Assembly (NCBI GenBank): GCA_050246815.1
Contig: JBFWVI010000047.1
Location: 1 to 22,947 of the forward strand
Direction of reading: 5' to 3'
DNA length: 22,947 nt
DNA from: Bdellovibrionales bacterium
GTDB lineage: Bacteria > Bdellovibrionota > Bdellovibrionia > Bdellovibrionales > UBA1609
In this document: positions 1-9,466 of the stretch, piece after piece
Numbering within the stretch: the stretch's first letter is position 1
Layout: every line of letters starts with the position of its first letter
Position numbers and translations under genes: made by a program
Notes under the pieces: generated by a model
Databases searched by the model: none
What the model was told of the DNA's origin: nothing
The model's input: the letters and a program-made list of their open reading frames with translations, nothing else

Positions 1-661
1 CACTTCTCAAGAAGCGGTGTTCCTTTAAAAAAGTCTCGATTTTTTTTCTAAGAGACGCTACGGAATCCATAGTGAGAGGCTTTTTACGTAAAGGTATGGT
101 GAATCGGCTTAATCGGTCATTGAGATTTGGGTTCACCGATTCGATCTCGATTTTGGTGATACGGCTAGGGGGTTTTTCATCGATCATAAAACTGACGGTC
201 AACGTGCTTTCGGTTTCTTTGCTAAAATTGACTTCGATAACGCAATTAAAAAAACCTCGCTCGCCATAGTATTGTTTAAGCCGTTCACCGGCCTCGAGGA
301 CTTTTTTTCTTTCAAAGCGATCGCCCGGGCGAATATTGATAACGGCGCGCAAGTCGGCTTCGCCGAAGTTTTTTTGTCCTTTGATCACAACCTGGCGAAT
401 GGTTCGTAGAGGTTTGGCCACCACTTGAATTTGGCCATTATCCAATTGCTGGGCCAAAACCCGTTCGTAGGCGCCGGTCTGCGCCAGCACGCGAACAACT
501 TCATCGACTTCATCCATTGTCAATTCGCCATCAAAGGCGGCGGGCACGTCACGCTTCACACGGCGTACATCCTGATCGGCCGCCCCCAAAAGTTGTACGC
601 TTTCAGTCCATGCTGAAAAACCACAAAGCAAGAAACTGAAAACTGCCAAGTGACGGATCAT
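1..661 (-). CDS. Omp85-family outer membrane assembly protein (BamA/TamA-like), N-terminal POTRA region; runs off the left edge of the window
   Basis: Not in the ORF track because it has no stop in the window. ATG at 661-659 overlaps the tamB stop (ATGA). Manual translation gives MIRHLAVFSFLLCGFSAWTESVQ (signal-peptide-like), then ...RTIRQVVIKGQKNFGEADLRAVINIRPGDRFERKKVLEAGERLKQYYGERGFFNCVIEV...VSFMIDEKPPSRITKIEI, a typical POTRA pattern. Frame is open to base 1. Confidence 0.85.
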   Translation of the reverse strand, partial: MIRHLAVFSFLLCGFSAWTESVQLLGAADQDVRRVKRDVPAAFDGELTMDEVDEVVRVLAQTGAYERVLAQQLDNGQIQVVAKPLRTIRQVVIKGQKNFGEADLRAVINIRPGDRFERKKVLEAGERLKQYYGERGFFNCVIEVNFSKETESTLTVSFMIDEKPPSRITKIEIESVNPNLNDRLSRFTIPLRKKPLTMDSVASLRKKIETFLKEHRFLRS

Positions 662-3600
662 TTGAAATTCACCTTGTATTCCAAATCAAGACCGAACACG
701 CTTTCTTGAACGTTATTTTCGGTGCCTAATTCTTTGATGCCTTCTTTGCCTTCCCAGGAGCCGATAACCGAAAGACCCTTGTTGAATTTGTACTCCATTT
801 TAGCGGAATTGGTCGGGTTTTTTTCAATGGTTCGGCTGGCCGAAGCGTTCCACTTAGGTGTGAACTGCTTGGTCAAGGTGAACTGTGTGTAGCTTGCGGA
901 ATCGCCAGAGTTCGAAGATGTTTGGCTGATCTGCATTTCTAGGCCCAGCCGGTTGCGGACCTCTTTGCTTAGTGGTTTTTGCAAGATGGCAGCGCCATAT
1001 TGCACCGAGTTTGATGCCGCGATGGATCCGGCACGATTTTGATCCAAAGAAGTGGTGGTCATTCCCAAAGCCAAAAGCGAGACAATTTCTTTTTCACTCA
1101 GAGGCGGCAAGCTGCTTAAGGTAATTTTGGGCTGTGGCTTTAGACGGCCTTGGACCAACATGCTGATTTGGTAATCGTTTTGCTTACTGCGGTTGCCTTC
1201 GTCTCGTGCATTTTCAACCACCTCGGCCTGAGCAGTTAAGTAAATTTTAGCGTTGTCAGGGGGATCATCTTGGTATTCGACAAAGCCGTTTTGAATTTCA
1301 AAGGGCACATCGCGAAAGAACACTTTGCCGCCGGGGGCTGGTGTCAGCACGCCTGTCAAACGGGGTTGCGCCGGTGGGCCGGTCACTGTCAGCTTTCCGC
1401 GAATGGGGCTTTCAATCAAGGAATTGCGGATGGGCAGTGGATTTTTCAACAGAATGCTCAGATCCAGCGTGATGGGTTGATCGGTGGATTGAACCAAAAA
1501 TTTTGGTAAAAGGGCGCTTGGTGAAACCACTTTTGCATTGTTTAAACCCGCGCCCTGAAATTCAGCCGTAATCTCGCCGCCGGAGACCTCGTAATTCACC
1601 GCTAAGACGTAGGGGAAGAAATTACCTTTTACACTCCAGTTGCCGCTGCCACGAGTGCGAAAACCTTCTGGGACATTTAGACTGACCTCTGTGGCCTGAC
1701 CTTTGACATCAACCGGCACCTGGTTTTTGCCTGGCCAGCGGATGCGTCCTTCGCCGGTTACGGCGCCGCCGCCGAGTTCCGCACGCAAGGCGTTGATGTT
1801 TAAGCCTTGATCCGCAAAAATGATGTCCGAGCGCAAATTTGTGAATGGATGAGGGAAAGCCTTCAGCCGAACAACGCCCTGGTCGATATAGGCTGAGCCT
1901 GTCAGCAGGGGCGAAGTCGTCGCTCCAGAGAAATTAATATTCAAGGTCAAGCGCCCTTGCAGGTCCGCTAAGAAGGGCGTGAACAGTGTCAATAGGCTTA
2001 AATCCAATTTGCCATTCAATACGGCACGAATATCCTTCGGATTCAGCTCAATGATCGAGCCTTTTAAGAAACCACCTTCGCCTTCCAAGATGAAGGGGTT
2101 TGAGCTCAGCGTGCCTTCGCGCATATTGATGCGGATGGGGCCATTGTTTTTGATGTCAATGGCGCCGCGCTTGAGGCTAAGTTCTGAAACAGTCAATTCA
2201 CCCGAGGCGCGATTATGGCCGCCACGATCACTCTGCAGATTCATTTCTGCGCTTAAGGAAGTCTGAATGTCGCGCTGGCGTGCCGCGTTTGAAAAAATCG
2301 AAAAAAAGTTGGCGAAATTCCACTTGTTGGTTTTGATCTTCAAAGAAAATGGCGCTTTGTCGGTGAGAGGCAGCACAAAGTCGGCGTTAACCACATTGCC
2401 GATGAAGCGGCCGCCGCCTTCCATACGGTCTTGGAGCAATTTGAGTTTGAAGGTGGAGTCTTCGGCCACCCGATCACCGATCACCAGATGCGACAGGCGG
2501 CCATGTGCATCGAGTATGGGGCGCGGCAATTGTCCGCGAATGGCCATGGTCATGTCCACTTGCCCCGTCATGTCGACGCCCATGCGGTTGATGTTTTCAG
2601 ATTCTTCAAGCCGCAACCGGCGCCCAACCAGCACGGCATCGATGATGCCTTGGGGATTGATATTGCCGGTGACTTCAATCACACTTTGTGAACGCATCAA
2701 AGACACTTTGTCGGCTTTCGCTTGGCCATTGGTTGCCGACATATTGAACTGCAATTGATCAAAACTTTCATTGGCCAAATGACCGCGATAAAACGCAGAG
2801 TTCAGATGATAAGAGAGTTGGTTGAACTTCAGTGGCCCCCAGGCGCGAACCTCCATAGCGCCGGTGCCCGCCACCGAGATGGGCAGATCAAAATGGCGCT
2901 TAAAGACCTCTTTGATATCCAAAAGATCCGCATAAGGAGATTGCGCTTGGATTAAAATTTCCTTGCGATGAAAGTTGACCGACAGATTACCGCTGTAGCG
3001 AGAGGTGCCGACTTGTCCCAAAAGTTTATTAAACTGCAAAATGCCGCTTTTGTAAGAGACTTCAGCCTCCGGGTTGCCCAGCCAATATTTTTCTAGCCAC
3101 ACATTTTTAAATTGTCCGTTCAGCTGAAATTTGGCGGTCTTTGAATTGCCGTCGGTGGTTCCTTTCAGTTGTCCACTGCCTTCGAGTTTCAGATTTCCTA
3201 AATTGCGTAAATCCGAAAAATCAACGTTTTCGCCCTGGTACGAGATCTGAAATCCTTTTTGATACAGGATCACGCCGCTGGATTGGCCCCGGCTTTTTTC
3301 ACCAACTTGCAAGTCGGCTTCGTAATTCACGCCTTGCGTGGTGATGACCACATGGCCCTTGGCTTTGGCTTTGGGGATGTCGACAATCGTTTCATTTTTT
3401 GACTTTCCCGCGTGCACCAAAATGTCATTGCCGCGAACTTCGCCTTCACAGCGAATTTTAATATTACCAAAGACAGGGCCCGCACACTTCAGTTGTCCAT
3501 TCAATAATACGTTGGCGGGGACATCCTTGAGGCCGATATTCTTTAGCAAGTTGTTCAAAACCAAATCTTGAGCCGACACTTGCCCTTCAAGAGGACTATC

Positions 3601-4635
3601 CTTGCTGATTTTCCATTTGGCTTTTTTGACCTGAACAAGGCCAGCGTCACTTTGGATGGAGGCCTCTGATAGTCGGGCTTCGCCGTCTTGCCATTCGCCT
3701 ACTGCCGCCACGTTACCAATAATGAAGTGTGAGACCTTCACGCTGGTGGCGCCAAGCTTGCCATTCAATCGCGGATTTTGAATTGGACCTGCCACCGCTA
3801 GGTCGGCGCGCAGCTCACCTTGCATTAAAGGTAAGATAGGGTCGCGTACGATTCGTTCCCATCTGGTGATATCCGCAAGTTTGATTTGCGTTCGGGTCTG
3901 CAAATCCAGTTCCGTGCCGATCGTACCAGCCGCCACAACAAAGGAATCACCGGTCTTCACTTTCAACGAAGAAACCCGCACCCCTTTCGCATCCAACATC
4001 AAACGTAAACCTAGGTTGATAGGGATAAGGTCAGCGGCCTCTTGCCACTTGACTTGCGCTTCTGGGGCTTCCAAATCAATTAAAAAATTGCGCGAGCGAT
4101 TTTCAACGTTCAAGCTCACATTGTTCAGATACACGGACGTTTTAAGATTTTCCAAGCGGGCCCAAACCGCCAGATCTTCGATGACCAGCTCGTCCACAGG
4201 AATTTCACTGATCTTATTAAAATCATATTTGAATTCGCTCAGGTCAGATTTTTTTTTACTACGGTCATCTTTTAAAACCATCTTGATCTCAGCGCCACGC
4301 AAGCCGATGTAGGAAAGGCGTAAGCGCCCGGTCAGCAGATAAAACCAATTGACCCGAACTTCGGCGCGTTCAATCACGGCAGGGGCGAGAACAGCCTTAA
4401 GCTCGCCCTGAGGTAAGAGTTGGATTTTATTCAAGACCAAGCCGGGTGGAAAGAACGCGATCTTCGCACTTGCGGGCCAAACCCGAAGGGGGGAGTGAAG
4501 CGTGCTTTGGCTTTCCACCTCTTGCAGGAGCCAGCGTTCAATGCGTGGTAAATGATATTGGTTGAAGAACCCGATTAAAAAGAACAGGCCGCCAGTGACG
4601 AGTCCCCATGCGAGCCATCGCACCCAGGGTTTCAC
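658..4635 (-). CDS. tamB: Translocation and assembly module TamB / AsmA-like protein (DUF490-type C-terminus)
   Basis: 1325 aa. N-terminal membrane anchor, long glycine-rich beta-repeat body, C-terminal signature (GKLTVTGPPAQPRLTG...ITLSSLPPLSEKEIVSLLALG...GLDLEYKVNFK). Directly upstream of an Omp85 gene. GTG start overlaps the upstream TGA (GTGA). Confidence 0.85.
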   Translation of the reverse strand: MKPWVRWLAWGLVTGGLFFLIGFFNQYHLPRIERWLLQEVESQSTLHSPLRVWPASAKIAFFPPGLVLNKIQLLPQGELKAVLAPAVIERAEVRVNWFYLLTGRLRLSYIGLRGAEIKMVLKDDRSKKKSDLSEFKYDFNKISEIPVDELVIEDLAVWARLENLKTSVYLNNVSLNVENRSRNFLIDLEAPEAQVKWQEAADLIPINLGLRLMLDAKGVRVSSLKVKTGDSFVVAAGTIGTELDLQTRTQIKLADITRWERIVRDPILPLMQGELRADLAVAGPIQNPRLNGKLGATSVKVSHFIIGNVAAVGEWQDGEARLSEASIQSDAGLVQVKKAKWKISKDSPLEGQVSAQDLVLNNLLKNIGLKDVPANVLLNGQLKCAGPVFGNIKIRCEGEVRGNDILVHAGKSKNETIVDIPKAKAKGHVVITTQGVNYEADLQVGEKSRGQSSGVILYQKGFQISYQGENVDFSDLRNLGNLKLEGSGQLKGTTDGNSKTAKFQLNGQFKNVWLEKYWLGNPEAEVSYKSGILQFNKLLGQVGTSRYSGNLSVNFHRKEILIQAQSPYADLLDIKEVFKRHFDLPISVAGTGAMEVRAWGPLKFNQLSYHLNSAFYRGHLANESFDQLQFNMSATNGQAKADKVSLMRSQSVIEVTGNINPQGIIDAVLVGRRLRLEESENINRMGVDMTGQVDMTMAIRGQLPRPILDAHGRLSHLVIGDRVAEDSTFKLKLLQDRMEGGGRFIGNVVNADFVLPLTDKAPFSLKIKTNKWNFANFFSIFSNAARQRDIQTSLSAEMNLQSDRGGHNRASGELTVSELSLKRGAIDIKNNGPIRINMREGTLSSNPFILEGEGGFLKGSIIELNPKDIRAVLNGKLDLSLLTLFTPFLADLQGRLTLNINFSGATTSPLLTGSAYIDQGVVRLKAFPHPFTNLRSDIIFADQGLNINALRAELGGGAVTGEGRIRWPGKNQVPVDVKGQATEVSLNVPEGFRTRGSGNWSVKGNFFPYVLAVNYEVSGGEITAEFQGAGLNNAKVVSPSALLPKFLVQSTDQPITLDLSILLKNPLPIRNSLIESPIRGKLTVTGPPAQPRLTGVLTPAPGGKVFFRDVPFEIQNGFVEYQDDPPDNAKIYLTAQAEVVENARDEGNRSKQNDYQISMLVQGRLKPQPKITLSSLPPLSEKEIVSLLALGMTTTSLDQNRAGSIAASNSVQYGAAILQKPLSKEVRNRLGLEMQISQTSSNSGDSASYTQFTLTKQFTPKWNASASRTIEKNPTNSAKMEYKFNKGLSVIGSWEGKEGIKELGTENNVQESVFGLDLEYKVNFK

Positions 4636-5678
4636 GAGGCACCCCAGTCTTTCAGCATCGAAGCTGCTGAGCGGTAAGTGGGACGCACATTGGCTAGTGT
4701 CTGCAGCAGCTCGATCGCGCGGCCATGTTGTTTAAGCCCCCACAGGGCCTGAGCGCGTGTGTAGGTCACGGCAAATGCAGTCTCGGGATCTGAACCGTAG
4801 CGAGCTTCAAGATGCACCAAGTGATCCAAACATTCCACGTGGCGGTGCGAGCGGAGCAGCAGCTCAGCCTTTAACCAATCGCCCGCGAAGTCCAAGTTTC
4901 CTTGGTTGAGCATTTCAAGCGCCATCACATCCATGTTCATCATCAGCAAAGCCACGGCAAATTCATAAATCATATCGGGGCGGTGAATGGCAATTTTTCG
5001 CCATTCGCGAAAAGCGGGATCAAGCAGGGCCGCGTCCTGAGGGCGAGTCATCAGGGTGTTTTGTTCAAAGATATCTTCTTCACGAGTGACATGGCGATTG
5101 ATCACATGACGAGCCCAGCGTTCGCCAAACTCAAGTTGCAGCTTTTTGATCTGTTCATCGTCGGGGTACATCTTCTGCATCAGATCAAGCAGGCGTTGCT
5201 CTTCGTCGGTCATGCGTTCGTTGCGGAAGAAGGCCACTTTGTCGAGCAGGGTTTGGCGCTGGTTGCGACGCTGCTCTTCACGCTGGGTATTCACTTCGCG
5301 ACGAAGTTCTTGAATGTTCGGAATAAACTTGTCCCAAACCCGTGTGCAGGTCAGATCGGCTATTTGCTCTTGAGTGCGGGCACCTTTGACCAAGGCCTCG
5401 ACGACCTCGCTGCTGGGCACGGCACGGGTGCGGGCGCACAGTTCGACCAACCATGGCCAAGGAACGTCTTGTTGCAAACGCAGCATCTCGGGCAACTGCT
5501 CCATGAGCGGCAAATGAATGCCGCAATTGACTGCAAAACTAAAAATGGCCCGGCGATCTTGGTAGTTTGTGCCACTTTCAAAAAGACGAGGCAGCATGTC
5601 GGCCAGTACCTGGCGTGCGGATTTTTGATGTGTCAGCTGCGAGCGTATTTCAAGCTCGATTTGTGGAGCTGTGGCCAT
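4632..5678 (-). CDS. Helical protein with C-terminal TPR-like repeats, function unknown
   Basis: 348 aa; TPR-like segments (YEFAVALLMM..MALEML; YTRAQALWGLKQHGRAIELLQTLANVRPTYRSA); stop overlaps the tamB start. Confidence 0.7.
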   Translation of the reverse strand: MATAPQIELEIRSQLTHQKSARQVLADMLPRLFESGTNYQDRRAIFSFAVNCGIHLPLMEQLPEMLRLQQDVPWPWLVELCARTRAVPSSEVVEALVKGARTQEQIADLTCTRVWDKFIPNIQELRREVNTQREEQRRNQRQTLLDKVAFFRNERMTDEEQRLLDLMQKMYPDDEQIKKLQLEFGERWARHVINRHVTREEDIFEQNTLMTRPQDAALLDPAFREWRKIAIHRPDMIYEFAVALLMMNMDVMALEMLNQGNLDFAGDWLKAELLLRSHRHVECLDHLVHLEARYGSDPETAFAVTYTRAQALWGLKQHGRAIELLQTLANVRPTYRSAASMLKDWGAS

Positions 5679-5739
5679 AGCGAATATTATCTCTGGAATA
5701 TATTGATGGCAGGAGGCCTAACCCTGCGCAGCAATTATT

Positions 5740-6306
5740 CTACTTAAGGCTGACACGCTCGACGTAAGTGCCGTCCTCAGTGTTGATTTTAAGTGAGTCA
5801 CCTTCGTTGGTGTGCAAAGGAACTTGCACGATGTGACCGGTTTCAAGCGTGGCCGGTTTGTAGGTGTTGGTCACGGTATTGCCCTTAAAGCCGGGGTCTG
5901 TGCGAGTGACTTTTAAGACCACCGATTTCGGCATCTCAACGCCGACCGCGCGGTCATTAAAAAAACACACTTTCACCTCTAAATTTTCGGTCAAATAATT
6001 GACGTTTTGACCCACCAGCTCGGCTGACAAAACCAACTGTTCGTAGTTGGTTTGATCCATGAAGGTGAAGCCATTTTCGTCTTTGTACAAGAAGTTCATC
6101 TCGCGATAAGCGACGTCGGGTTCACCGAATTTTTCACCCGACTTAAAGGTGCGCTCTAAGTTGGATCCATTGATCAGATGGCGCAGCTTGGTGCGGGTGA
6201 ATTGGTTGCCTTTGCCTGGCTTAACGTGCTGAAAGTCCGTGACCGAATAAGGTTCACCATCCAAAAGAATTTTTAAGCCTTTTTTAAAGTCACTGCACTC
6301 GTACAT
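5740..6306 (-). CDS. efp: Translation elongation factor P
   Basis: QHVKPGKG loop with the conserved Lys, TFKSGEK, YKPATLETG and QVPL motifs. ATG at 6306 has an AGAGG SD at 6317-6313, so I prefer it to the ORF-track start at 6312. Confidence 0.97.
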   Translation of the reverse strand: MYECSDFKKGLKILLDGEPYSVTDFQHVKPGKGNQFTRTKLRHLINGSNLERTFKSGEKFGEPDVAYREMNFLYKDENGFTFMDQTNYEQLVLSAELVGQNVNYLTENLEVKVCFFNDRAVGVEMPKSVVLKVTRTDPGFKGNTVTNTYKPATLETGHIVQVPLHTNEGDSLKINTEDGTYVERVSLK

Positions 6307-6358
6307 GAACAACCTCTTTTTACTTGAAGGGGTTTTTTAGCGATTTCGGCCTATAATG

Positions 6359-7195
6359 TCACGAGTTACGTCGACGAGATTCGATACGGCCCAAAAACTC
6401 AGTTAAAAGCGCTGTTTTTTGGCTGTGAAGCTGCTGTTCACGGCTTGGAATAGGGATGTTGGGCAAGGGGTCGCCTTCATCTAAAAAGCGCTGTTTAAGA
6501 ATTTTGAGGCGGCGCGTGATTTGTGGATCCAGGCCGTGTATTTTTTCTGCATTTTCAAGTGTTTGCTGGGCTTTTTCAAAGTCATTTCGAACCAAAAAAG
6601 CATCCGCCAAAGATAAAAAACGTTCCAGGCCACGGCGCTGTCGCTCTTGTTCGGCATCATTGTCTAAAGGTTTCAGAGGTTCGGCCTCTTCGATTTCTAA
6701 ATTTTGCCCCTGCATTCCAAGCTCGTGTAGACGACTCATGGCGAAGACATCTTCATCATATTCGTCGGCGGTCAAACTTTCGAGTTTGCGCACCATTTTA
6801 AGGGCCTTTTCATCGGTCGGACTTAAAAACATCAGCATCTTAAAAGCAGCCAAGGCCTCTTTGGGACGACGAAGCTTTAAGTAGGTCTCGCCAAGTAGCC
6901 CTTGCGCCAAAATATTTTCTGGAGACAGCTCCACGGCCTGTTGCAACTGTTCAGCTGCGAGGGCGGGATTTTCTTTGTCCAAGTACAGGCGGCCTAACGC
7001 GACGCGCCCGCTGGCAAAAGAGGGATGGTAGCTTAAGCCTTTAAGGCAAACTTGAATTCCTTCATCGATCAAACCCATACGGCGATAGGCTTCTGCCAAA
7101 GGAGCGAAGATCTTCGCTTTGGGGTCGCTTTGTAGCATAAGCTGATATTTTTCGACCAATTCAGAATTCACTTCGGTCATAGCCCATCTTGGCAT
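6359..7195 (-). CDS. Tetratricopeptide repeat protein
   Basis: Consecutive TPRs (FAPLAEAYRRMGLIDEGIQVCLKGLSYHP; GRVALGRLYLDKENPALAAEQLQQAVELSPEN; AQGLLGETYLKL) plus a C-terminal TPR-like helix pair. Alternative start at 7180. Confidence 0.85.
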   Translation of the reverse strand: MPRWAMTEVNSELVEKYQLMLQSDPKAKIFAPLAEAYRRMGLIDEGIQVCLKGLSYHPSFASGRVALGRLYLDKENPALAAEQLQQAVELSPENILAQGLLGETYLKLRRPKEALAAFKMLMFLSPTDEKALKMVRKLESLTADEYDEDVFAMSRLHELGMQGQNLEIEEAEPLKPLDNDAEQERQRRGLERFLSLADAFLVRNDFEKAQQTLENAEKIHGLDPQITRRLKILKQRFLDEGDPLPNIPIPSREQQLHSQKTALLTEFLGRIESRRRNS

Positions 7196-7249
7196 TGCCC
7201 CTGGAGTTTTTCAATACACTTGAATTGGGCTTTAAGAACAGGGTTAAAT

Positions 7250-7762
7250 GTGGCGATGACTGTGATTGGCTTGGACCCAGGTTCGCGTTTCACCGGTTTT
7301 GGTGTGATCCAAAGCGATGGTTGCGATTGGCGTCATCTTGAGCATGGCGTGGTGGTCATTCCTGAAAAGCTTCCATTTGCCGCCCGTTTGAACTTTTTAG
7401 CCCAAGAGCTGAGACCCTTGTGGGGGCGTCATCCCAAGGCGACCACCGTGGTTGAGAAAATATTCTTGGGCAAAAATGCCGATTCGGCTTTTAAGTTGGG
7501 GCATGCGCGTGGCGTTTGTATGATGTTGGCGGCTGAAAACGGCGGCGAAGTGGTTGAATACGCAGCTCGCCAGGTCAAAAAAGTGGTCACCGGCAACGGT
7601 AGTGCCAGCAAAGAACACGTTCAGATGGTGATCAATCAGTGGCTGCGCATTCAAGTGGACATGCGCGCCGATGCCAGTGACGCCTTGGCCATGGCTTTGT
7701 GTCATGCTCAACATTTGGCGCGACAACAGCTGCTTGCGCGCATCGAGGGGGCAAATTTATGA
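7250..7762 (+). CDS. ruvC: Holliday junction resolvase RuvC
   Basis: IGLDPGSRFTGFG, VVEKIF, KLGHARGV, VTGNGSASKEHVQ and DASDALAMA motifs. Likely start is GTG 7250 or ATG 7256 rather than TTG 7220. Confidence 0.96.
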   Translation: MAMTVIGLDPGSRFTGFGVIQSDGCDWRHLEHGVVVIPEKLPFAARLNFLAQELRPLWGRHPKATTVVEKIFLGKNADSAFKLGHARGVCMMLAAENGGEVVEYAARQVKKVVTGNGSASKEHVQMVINQWLRIQVDMRADASDALAMALCHAQHLARQQLLARIEGANL

Positions 7763-8328
7763 TTGGGTATCTTAGGGGGCAACTGTTGTCTGTGGACTCG
7801 CAAAGCGCACTTTTGTTGGCGGGTGGGGTGGGTTACGAAGTGGATTGCACGCCAGCCACGCTGACGGCTTTGGTGCCCGACCAAACTGCGGACTTGTTTA
7901 TTTACACTCAAGTTCGTGAAGACGCGATCCAACTTTATGGTTTTCAAAGTATGGCCGAGAAACAACTGTTTATGTCTTTGATCAAAGTCAATGGCATTGG
8001 ACCGCGTTCAGCCCTGCAGATTTTGGCGGCAGGGGGGGTGCAGCAAGTGGTCGACCTGATCAACCGTGGTGATGCCAAGGGCCTTTCAGCGCTGCCCAAG
8101 GTCGGCAAAAAAACCGCGGAGCAGATCATCCTGACTTTGAAGGGCAAACTTATTCAGGTCGAAGAGGTCGGACGTCCACAGGCCTTGGGTTCGCGACAAG
8201 CGGTGATTTCGGCCCTGGTGCATTTGGGCTTTCGTTTGAGCGATGTTGAGAGGGCTGTCGAGCGCATGGCACCTGATGTGGATCTTGAAACCGGAGTGCG
8301 CGAGGGCCTTGCCGCGTTGACCAGTTAA
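7759..8328 (+). CDS. ruvA: Holliday junction branch migration protein RuvA
   Basis: MIGYLRG start at 7759 overlaps the ruvC stop (ATGA); GGVGYEV, VREDAIQLYGF, HhH motifs VNGIGPRSA and PKVGKKTAEQI, C-terminal ALVHLGF. Confidence 0.97.
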   Translation: MIGYLRGQLLSVDSQSALLLAGGVGYEVDCTPATLTALVPDQTADLFIYTQVREDAIQLYGFQSMAEKQLFMSLIKVNGIGPRSALQILAAGGVQQVVDLINRGDAKGLSALPKVGKKTAEQIILTLKGKLIQVEEVGRPQALGSRQAVISALVHLGFRLSDVERAVERMAPDVDLETGVREGLAALTS

Positions 8329-8337
8329 ACGGGGGGA

Positions 8338-9342
8338 TTGAAGGTGGAAATGGAACGTATGATTTCAGGCGAAAAAGTCGACGAAGACAAAAGTTTCGAA
8401 CACAATCTTCGCCCAAAAGATTTTTCTGAGTTTCCCGGTCAAACTCGGGTCAAAGAAAAGCTGAAAGTCTTTGTTGAGGCGGCAAAAAAACGGGGCGAGC
8501 CCCTGGATCATACGCTGTTGTCGGGGCCTCCTGGTCTTGGAAAAACCACGCTCGCCCACATTATTTCGTTGGCTATGGGCGCGGAATTTCGCGGCACTTC
8601 AGCGCCGGCGCTTCATCGCAAAGGGGATCTGGCGGCAATCTTGACCAGTCTGCGCCCGGGTTCGGTTTTGTTTATCGATGAAATTCATCGTCTCAGTCGC
8701 GATGTGGAGGAGTACTTGTACTCGGCCATGGAGGATTTCTTTTTGGATATTGTCACAGGAGAAGGTTTGGGTGCGCGCTCAATGCGCTTCACTCTGGCTC
8801 CCTTCACCTTGATTGGCGCCACCACGCGCTCAGGGCTATTGAATGCGCCGTTTCGCGACCGCTTTGGCGTGCAGGAACATTTGGTATTCTACAACAAAGA
8901 GGACTTACAAACCATTTTGGCGCGTTCTGCCGGCCTATTGAGTGTGCGTTTGGATTCCGGAGGTGCTCGCGAAATCGCAGCTCGTAGTCGTGGCACGCCT
9001 CGTATCGCCAATCGTCTTTTAAAGCGCGTGCGCGACTATGCCGAAGTGAAAGGCGATGGTTTGATCACTAACGAAATGGCCCATTATGCGCTGGAGCAAT
9101 TGGAAGTTGATCAAATGGGTTTGGACACCATGGACCGGCGCATTTTACTTTTGATTCGCGATAAGTTTGGCGGTGGCCCGGTCGGCATTGAAACCATGGG
9201 GGCGGCTTTAAGCGAAGAGTGCGACACGCTCGAGGAAGTCTATGAGCCCTTCTTGATCCAGGAAGGTTTTTTGCAAAAAACTCCACGCGGACGGATGATC
9301 ACCGAAGCCAGCCTGGCGCATTTGAAAGGCCTAAAGCTTTAG
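8338..9342 (+). CDS. ruvB: Holliday junction branch migration helicase RuvB
   Basis: LRP, Walker A GPPGLGKT, Walker B FIDEIH, GATTR, RDRFG, SRGTPRIANRLLKRVRD, EPFLIQEGF..KTPRGR. Start is TTG 8338 or ATG 8350. Confidence 0.98.
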   Translation: MKVEMERMISGEKVDEDKSFEHNLRPKDFSEFPGQTRVKEKLKVFVEAAKKRGEPLDHTLLSGPPGLGKTTLAHIISLAMGAEFRGTSAPALHRKGDLAAILTSLRPGSVLFIDEIHRLSRDVEEYLYSAMEDFFLDIVTGEGLGARSMRFTLAPFTLIGATTRSGLLNAPFRDRFGVQEHLVFYNKEDLQTILARSAGLLSVRLDSGGAREIAARSRGTPRIANRLLKRVRDYAEVKGDGLITNEMAHYALEQLEVDQMGLDTMDRRILLLIRDKFGGGPVGIETMGAALSEECDTLEEVYEPFLIQEGFLQKTPRGRMITEASLAHLKGLKL

Positions 9343-9466
9343 TATGCGTGCTCCAGCAGCACCGAACAGCGGTTCATTCTAAGCCAAAGTCCCGACGTGC
9401 CAGTCCAAAGCCGAGTGCATGTTTTTGTTCGTGTCTAAATCCCATGACAACTGGGATAATTGCAAT

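Noticed and set aside
72..4312. Many short + strand ORFs (72-269, 425-616, 1270-4312)
   Set aside because: All are antisense to the Omp85 and tamB genes, which fully explain the region
4902..5747. 281-aa ORF on the + strand
   Set aside because: Antisense shadow of the 4632-5678 TPR gene; no recognisable motifs and a composition typical of reverse-frame translation
6342..6368. GCCGAAAT sigma28-like -10 upstream of efp, and an antisense TATAAT
   Set aside because: Neither element has a properly spaced -35 partner
9384..9418. Imperfect direct repeat CCAAAGTCCCGACGTGC / CCAAAGCCGAGTGC after ruvB
   Set aside because: Only two short gapped copies; not a CRISPR array or a convincing target-site duplication
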